Part shown: piece after piece, positions 7,821-12,945 of the stretch
Layout of the letters: the number at the start of each line of letters is the position of its first letter
Position numbering within the stretch: the first letter of the stretch is position 1
Source of the DNA: Macrostomum lignano
Lineage: Eukaryota
DNA: 12,945 nucleotides
Assembly (NCBI GenBank): GCA_002269645.1
Contig: NIVC01005265.1
Coordinates: 1-12,945, forward strand
Direction of reading: 5' to 3'
The notes under the pieces: model-generated
Database searches by the model: none
What the model saw: the letters and a program-made list of their open reading frames with translations, nothing else
What the model was told of the DNA's origin: nothing
Translations under genes and position numbers: made by a program

Positions 7821-9391
7821 AAGCCCAATCTGTTCCCACTCCCCTCATCCATTTACGCATCATCAGTAGACGCTGCACAATCAAGCAACTTTATTCGTAC
7901 TTCTGTGTTCGATGCTCGCATCTGTGATTTGGTTTATAAAAGATGTATTTTTATTTTGAGCCGATATTTTTGTTGTTATTTGAAGTCTGCCTCAGCCTGT
8001 TCGCATTCTAGTCACAAATCTAGTAGCATGTGTGAGCTTTATTGCGCCATTTTAATTTCCTTCAATATTTTTAGAAAATTATGAAAGATTTTTTTCATCT
8101 CTCGCCTGACTTTCGGGTCTTCCTCAGTTTGCGCTGGACTTTTGTTAGACTGATGCAGTTTTATTTTTCTTTTTTTCAAAAAAATAGAGTAGATTTGCTT
8201 ATTTTCAGCTGCTTCTACTCATAGTAGAGCGAACGGGATACGCAAATATATTGTCAGTGTTGTTTGCTTCCGTAGAAACTCCAGACCCTGACTCAATCCC
8301 CAATTTGACCATCTGAATTTTCGTTCGGCTTCTTGACTGCATTTTGTTTTATTAATCATGATAATTCTTGTTCAACTTAAGTCATGATTGTTCTATTTTT
8401 TCTGTTAATTATTATTTTTGTTCAGATATGTACTACATGTACTACTAAACCCAATCAGTCAGCTTATTTAGCAATTTATTCTTATTTTAATTTCCTTTAA
8501 TATTGCTATGGTCTGCTTCAGTTAAATTTTGAGTGTATAAATAAATCAAATCAATTTTGCTAATTAATCACAGCTTGTTGACTGGGCAGATTTTTTTCAC
8601 AGAATTAAACATAATTAAAAAAGACATTGTTTTGTTTCATTTTTGTATACAATACTACTAATTAAAGTAGTGCAGAGTAGCAAAAGCAGGACAGGCTTTG
8701 TATATTTTATTTTTCAACGCGGATTAACAAAACATGGTTAATTTTAACTAGGCAAGCGTAAGGACAGAATAATTAAAAATACGTTTACACAGAATGTTCT
8801 TCTCTTAAAAAACACGGTACTGTATACAAACAGTAGTTTTTTAACTCGATTGGGCCACTCCTCCACTTTTCATATCGTCCATAACTGAGACTACTCTTAA
8901 GGAGAGTAGTATTATTTGCATATAGCTGGCTAAACTTATTTGCGCATGAAACTTAACTCGTAAAATGGAAGCCGCACGCTCACACAGGGCCTTATCATCA
9001 GGCATGTACACTCACTGTGACTTGAGCCCACCACGCCTCTCCTGAAGAGAGTTTGGTCGGTGAAGCATACCCTGAAAATTACTGATTTCTCATGAAGCCA
9101 TGCCCTAACAGAATTCTAAGAAAGCAATCAGTGAAATCCTTTCGCATTGTCTGCGTAGCGTACAGGTATGCTAATTAGCACTGTGATTTTTAGTACCAGG
9201 TAGATACCACAAGAAGTACCTAGATAGTAACACGCAAGCCCCAATGGAAAGGATATACTTTTCCACTACAAAATATAACTGGTCCTCAGAGTAGCCAAAA
9301 GTATTTTGAAGTGACCATGTCTACAGGTACATGCAGTTATCACTGAATCTATTAGTTCAGGCAAGCAGCAACACGCAGAGCTCCTGTGCAC

Positions 9392-12300
9392 TTATCTGGG
9401 CAGACCCGGCAGCATCTGCAGCACCAGAAATCCCTGACTGTCGGCCAGGCTTCCCAGCGAAGCCGTCGCAGTTGCTGCTGCTCCAACTGGCCGCAGCTGA
9501 AATCCACCACCTCCACCGCCGCTGCTGACGCCGCTCGCCAACTCGGCCGAAAGTCGGTCGCGGAACTCGCCCAGCCCGATGCCGGCCGGGCAGCCGCTGT
9601 ACAGCCGGGCCGCTCCGTTCGGATCGCGGACGAATACGGACACAATGGCGCCGCCGTCGGTGCCGCTGCTGTCGGTGGAGTCCGACGCCTGCAGGCAATG
9701 CAGCCGGCGAAGGTTGCCGCCGTCGCCGCCGGGTCCAAGTTCGACACTATCCAGCTGAGTGTCTGGTTCGAGGACGACAACTGGCGTCGAGGCCGCGCGG
9801 TTGATGCCGACGGCGGCGGAGCCAAGCAAGCCGAAGCGGTGGCTCCTCGCTGCTGTCGACGAGATCCGCGGCCAGTTGGTGCGCCGCCGCAGCAGCCTCA
9901 CTCGTTGTCAGGCCTGGACGCAGGGGCACGACAAACTCGTAGTTGGGTCTGACGGCGATCTGCACCACCGGCTGGTCCGGCCCGACCGCCTCCAGGCTGC
10001 TGGTTGATGTCACCGAGTAGTCGGCGAGCCGGCGACTGTCGCACAACACGCGGCCGCGCAGCGTCAGGGTTTGGTCGTAGGGCCGTGGGCCACCGAGACG
10101 GTGAACGAGAGACTTCAGCGTGCCGATCTGCAGGTCTGGTTCGGCGAACAGCGCCAAATTTTGTCGCCGACGCGAACTCGCAGATCAAAGTGGCTTGGTC
10201 CGGTCGCTTGTAGGACGTCGTCTTTGCCCAGGCCGAGTCGGACGAGTTCCCGAGCGTCATCAAGCAGTCGGTCACCCATGGCAATGCGCAGCTGGTCAAA
10301 GTCGCAGTCTTGCTGGCTCTGTCGGTACCGTGGAGCTTCATTCGGAGCGTCCGCACCGTCGCGTTACGCGGCATCGTGACCGGCAGGAAGCTGTTGCGGT
10401 GTAGCACGGTGCACTTCACCAGCTGGTCGGCGCACAGTCGGAGCACACAGGCGTCACTCAGCTCGTAGTGCCGCAAAGTTCGTCCCCTATTGAGCTGCCT
10501 GTTGCCGAATTTCAAACGCAGGCACTGCGAATCCAGCCCTGTGGCTCGGCTCACCTTTGACAGCAGGTCTTCCACGTGAGTGTCCGCGTCGAGCGTTGCC
10601 GACAGCGGCTTGGCGCGCAGGCGCCCGACATCGATGGTGACGCGGATTCGCTGGCGCTGACTCCCTGATGGTGGCTGCTCATCTTTCAATTGCTTAGCAG
10701 CTGCTGAAGCTGACGAACTCTCAGCTTTGGTCATGCTGGACTTCGTTTCTGGGGATCGCTTCGTCTGCGTCGCCTTATGACCGTTTGGCTCGCTGAACTC
10801 CTGCCGAATCTTTGTTGCTTGAGCCGCCGATTCCAGCATGGCTTTGGCTCTCTCGGTGGAGCTGATCAACTCAGATTTGGCCTGTCTAGCCAGCTGTTCC
10901 AGATCCCAAATAGTTCCTTGTGGAACTGTCATCGTACTTGATTTGACTGGCTCCTGGTCGGCTTGGGCTCGGCCGGACACTCGATTAGTCCAGTCTCTCA
11001 GCTCGCTGTCTGTGATGATCCGCTGCTTCAACGACGGCGGCACCGGCTGCTGTTGCGGGGTGGTTGAGTAACTGGGCAGCACAGGCGGCCTGTCTACCGT
11101 GATTCGCTCAGCTCTGCAGGAAGACAGAGAGCGCACACTGGACGGCGTACTTGATGCCGAGTTGAAGTCTTCCGGCCGATTGGAGAGCAGACCAGCCTGC
11201 CGCAGGAGCGACTCTGTGTTTTGACCGGCGTCTGGCGGCAGGATTCGACTGAAACTCGACGGTCCAGGTCGTCGGAGCTCACCTGTCAGAAACTGTATCG
11301 GCACGCGGCGGTTGACTGGCGCCACTGGCTGCGTTCGAGGCGGCGTCAGCGGCTCAATGATTGAACTCCGATCATCCGACGCTGTAGATGCCGGCGCCAA
11401 AGGAGAAATCGGGGGTCTGGCGCGGGGTCCTCTGCTGGCCAGCTTTCGTCGAACTCCGGCTGCTAGAAGCTTTTCAACTCGCTCCACAGCAGCTTCGCTG
11501 GGGGTTGGCGAGTCGGTGGCCCGGATAAGACTTCGGCTGCGTCTGGAGAGGGGCGCGCTGCCTACACGACCCCGACTGTGTCCGCTGGCCGCAAAGTCAC
11601 GGTCGAGCAGCTCGTTGTGCTCGAAATTGACAGCGAGTTCCTGCTCCGAGTACTGATCCGACGGAGTTGGCAGGTCCGATTCGGCGTCAGCCATCAACCA
11701 GTGCGAGCTATTTGCCAGCTCGGGAGACTTGGTTGCAGCCCTGCGAAGCCGCCTCAAGTTGGCCAGCTCCGCCATCAGTTCGCTCTCACCGTCGTTCATG
11801 AGCTCCTCAATAGCGTCGAGCTCCGCCTCAATCTCGGAAGTTGTCAATCCCTGGCGTTTCTGTACGTCACCTCTGCTGAGTTCCAACAGGGCCAGAAGTT
11901 CTTCCCGGTCCCACCGTGATAAAGGATGCTCTGATGGTTGCTGGGGAAGCTCAGTCGAGTCCTCAGATGCCTCATAGTACCTCAGATGAAGTGGGAATCC
12001 CAGCTGTTCGGCACCATCATCCAGGTGGGGCTCTGATGCAGCATGAAGGTTGGCAGGTCTCTGGAACTTCATAGGATCGGAGGAGCGAAATTCATGTCCT
12101 TCGTCTGGGCGATCTTTTCCATGACTTTCATCTAGAAGCGGAGGCTGCTTTTTGCTGGAATCTTCCTCCGGCGCTTTTTCTGGCTTTGTCTGTGTGCAGC
12201 GGTCGGAGCTGCTGGGCCTGGGCTCGGTCTGGAACGACCTGGATTCCAGAGTTCGCTGCCTGCTGCGTCGGCCGCTGTCTGGAGGCTCATCAACGCAAAC

Positions 12301-12945
12301 GTGAGAATCGACAACTGTCTTCGAGGCTCCGTCCGGCTTTCCGTTAGATAAATCCGACGATCCCGATGGCTCGTCCCAGCCTCCAGGGAGCAGATCGTCG
12401 GGATCCACCACTTTTTTCCAGGTCTTCTTCGTGTCATCGCTGGGTTTCTCTTCTACTAGCGATGCCAGGCTGTCCCGGCTTGCTGGGGGTCGCGCTTGAT
12501 CAGGGATGTTAAAAGCGGCTCGCTCTCCTCCTCTGCGCCCTGAGTTGATGTTGAAATATCAGCCATCTGCGGAGCGGGCACTGGTACGCTCGGCTGCTCC
12601 TTGGATTCGTCGTCACTTTTGCGCTCCGTTTCGGTGCCCACTTCGCTCACTAAAGGTTGAGTTCGAACGGAGCCGTGCCGGCTGAAGTCCGCCAGCAAGT
12701 CGAAGTGGTGGCGAATGCGTCCTGCTTGGATGGTAGCGGAAGCGTCTTCGCAGCTTCATCGTCCGACGCTTTCGATTTTGGCACGGTGGACGGGGTCTGT
12801 TCGGACAGTCGTCTGGCCCTGGCCGGATGCGAATGCCTCGGACCCAGCATGCCACAGACATCACAGAAAAATTCTTCGGCTTCTGGATGCTTTGATCATC
12901 CGAGCGAGCCCGAATGCCAGAGCTGATGTAGCTCTTTGGCTCTGG
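9392..12945 (-). CDS. Large, apparently intronless CDS: long acidic, Ser/Pro-rich disordered region plus 3-5 tandem C-terminal ubiquitin-like domains; about 6 frameshifts; 5' end beyond the window
   Basis: Track ORFs 12650-12850, 12456-12698, 9898-12411, 9747-10157 and 9392-9901, plus an untracked frame at about 10330-10157, chain into one protein by frame changes. Stop TAA at 9392-9394. Continuous GC-rich codon-like composition. Confidence 0.8.
9395..9646 (-). other. Possible fifth, highly divergent beta-grasp (UBL/PB1-like) domain at the C-terminus
   Basis: IVSVFVRDPNGAARLY...GLGEFRDRL...FQLR...SLGSL...LVLQM resembles ubiquitin [19 protein letters not shown] and TLHLV; weak. Confidence 0.4.
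9690..9968 (-). other. Divergent ubiquitin-like domain 4 (spans a frameshift at about 9785-9830)
   Basis: VVQIAVRPNYEFVVPLRPGLTTSEAAAAAHQL...LRLAWL / VVVLEPDTQLDSVEL...LHCL: beta-beta-alpha-beta-beta-beta pattern with a degenerate L.pD..L...l motif. Confidence 0.5.
9980..10190 (-). other. Ubiquitin-like domain 3 (spans a frameshift at about 10157)
   Basis: FDLRVRVGDKI / LALFAEPDLQIGTLKSLVHRLGGPRPYDQTLTLRGRVLCDSRRLADYSVTSTSSLEAV; QTLTLRGRVLCDSRRLADYSV corresponds to ubiquitin [21 protein letters not shown]. Confidence 0.82.
10200..10425 (-). other. Ubiquitin-like domain 2 (spans a frameshift at about 10330)
   Basis: VKCTVLHRNSFLPVTMPRNATVRTLRMKLH / ...QQDCDFDQLRIAMGDRLLDDARELVRLGLGKDDVLQA matches the UBL pattern (TV..LK.K, QLRI..GD..L.D...L). 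Confidence 0.72.
10435..10650 (-). other. Ubiquitin-like domain 1
   Basis: RIRVTIDV...TLDADTHVEDLLSKVSRATGLDSQCLRLKFGNRQLNRGRTLRHYELSDACVLRL parallels ubiquitin [48 protein letters not shown]. Confidence 0.85.

Noticed and set aside
7820-9390. Small hairpins (8215-8229, 8890-8910) and AATAAA/TTTATT hexamers between the convergent genes
   Set aside because: Expected by chance in AT-rich DNA; real poly(A) sites or RNA genes cannot be assigned from sequence alone.
9392-10650. Polyubiquitin, ISG15 or SUMO precursor
   Set aside because: Units are highly divergent from ubiquitin and from each other, and there are no inter-unit or terminal GG processing sites.
9780-12880. Programmed ribosomal frameshifting
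   Set aside because: No X XXY YYZ slippery heptamers recognised at the shift sites, and there are too many events in two unrelated genes.
9331-12926. Plus-strand ORFs overlapping the multi-UBL gene
   Set aside because: Antisense shadows of GC-rich coding DNA with no recognisable motifs.

Overview
Eukaryotic (metazoan) genomic DNA with GC-rich exons and AT-rich or repeat-filled spliceosomal introns; no prokaryotic features. Two convergent genes are present. (1) + strand: the last five exons (693-837, 1500-1649, 2344-2501, 3486-3818, 6712-7063) of a gene encoding a CUPID/DUF3338-type coiled coil followed by a low-complexity tail ending in -STFL, most like FRMD4A/B. The ORF track misses it, but it splices with GT-AG sites and consistent phases. 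(2) - strand: an apparently intronless CDS of more than 3.5 kb (9392 to beyond 12945) with a long disordered N-terminal region and 3 clear plus 2 weaker tandem ubiquitin-like domains, lacking a terminal di-Gly; I do not recognise this architecture. Both genes are broken by frameshifts that are almost all single missing bases, most likely long-read consensus errors. Every intron of gene 1, and its 3' flank, carries a different tandem repeat, eight arrays in total. Two arrays are in register with, and appear derived from, a splice site, and one is a higher-order array of GC hairpins. Most long ORFs in the track are repeat artefacts. The overall style resembles a flatworm such as Macrostomum, but this is an impression only.
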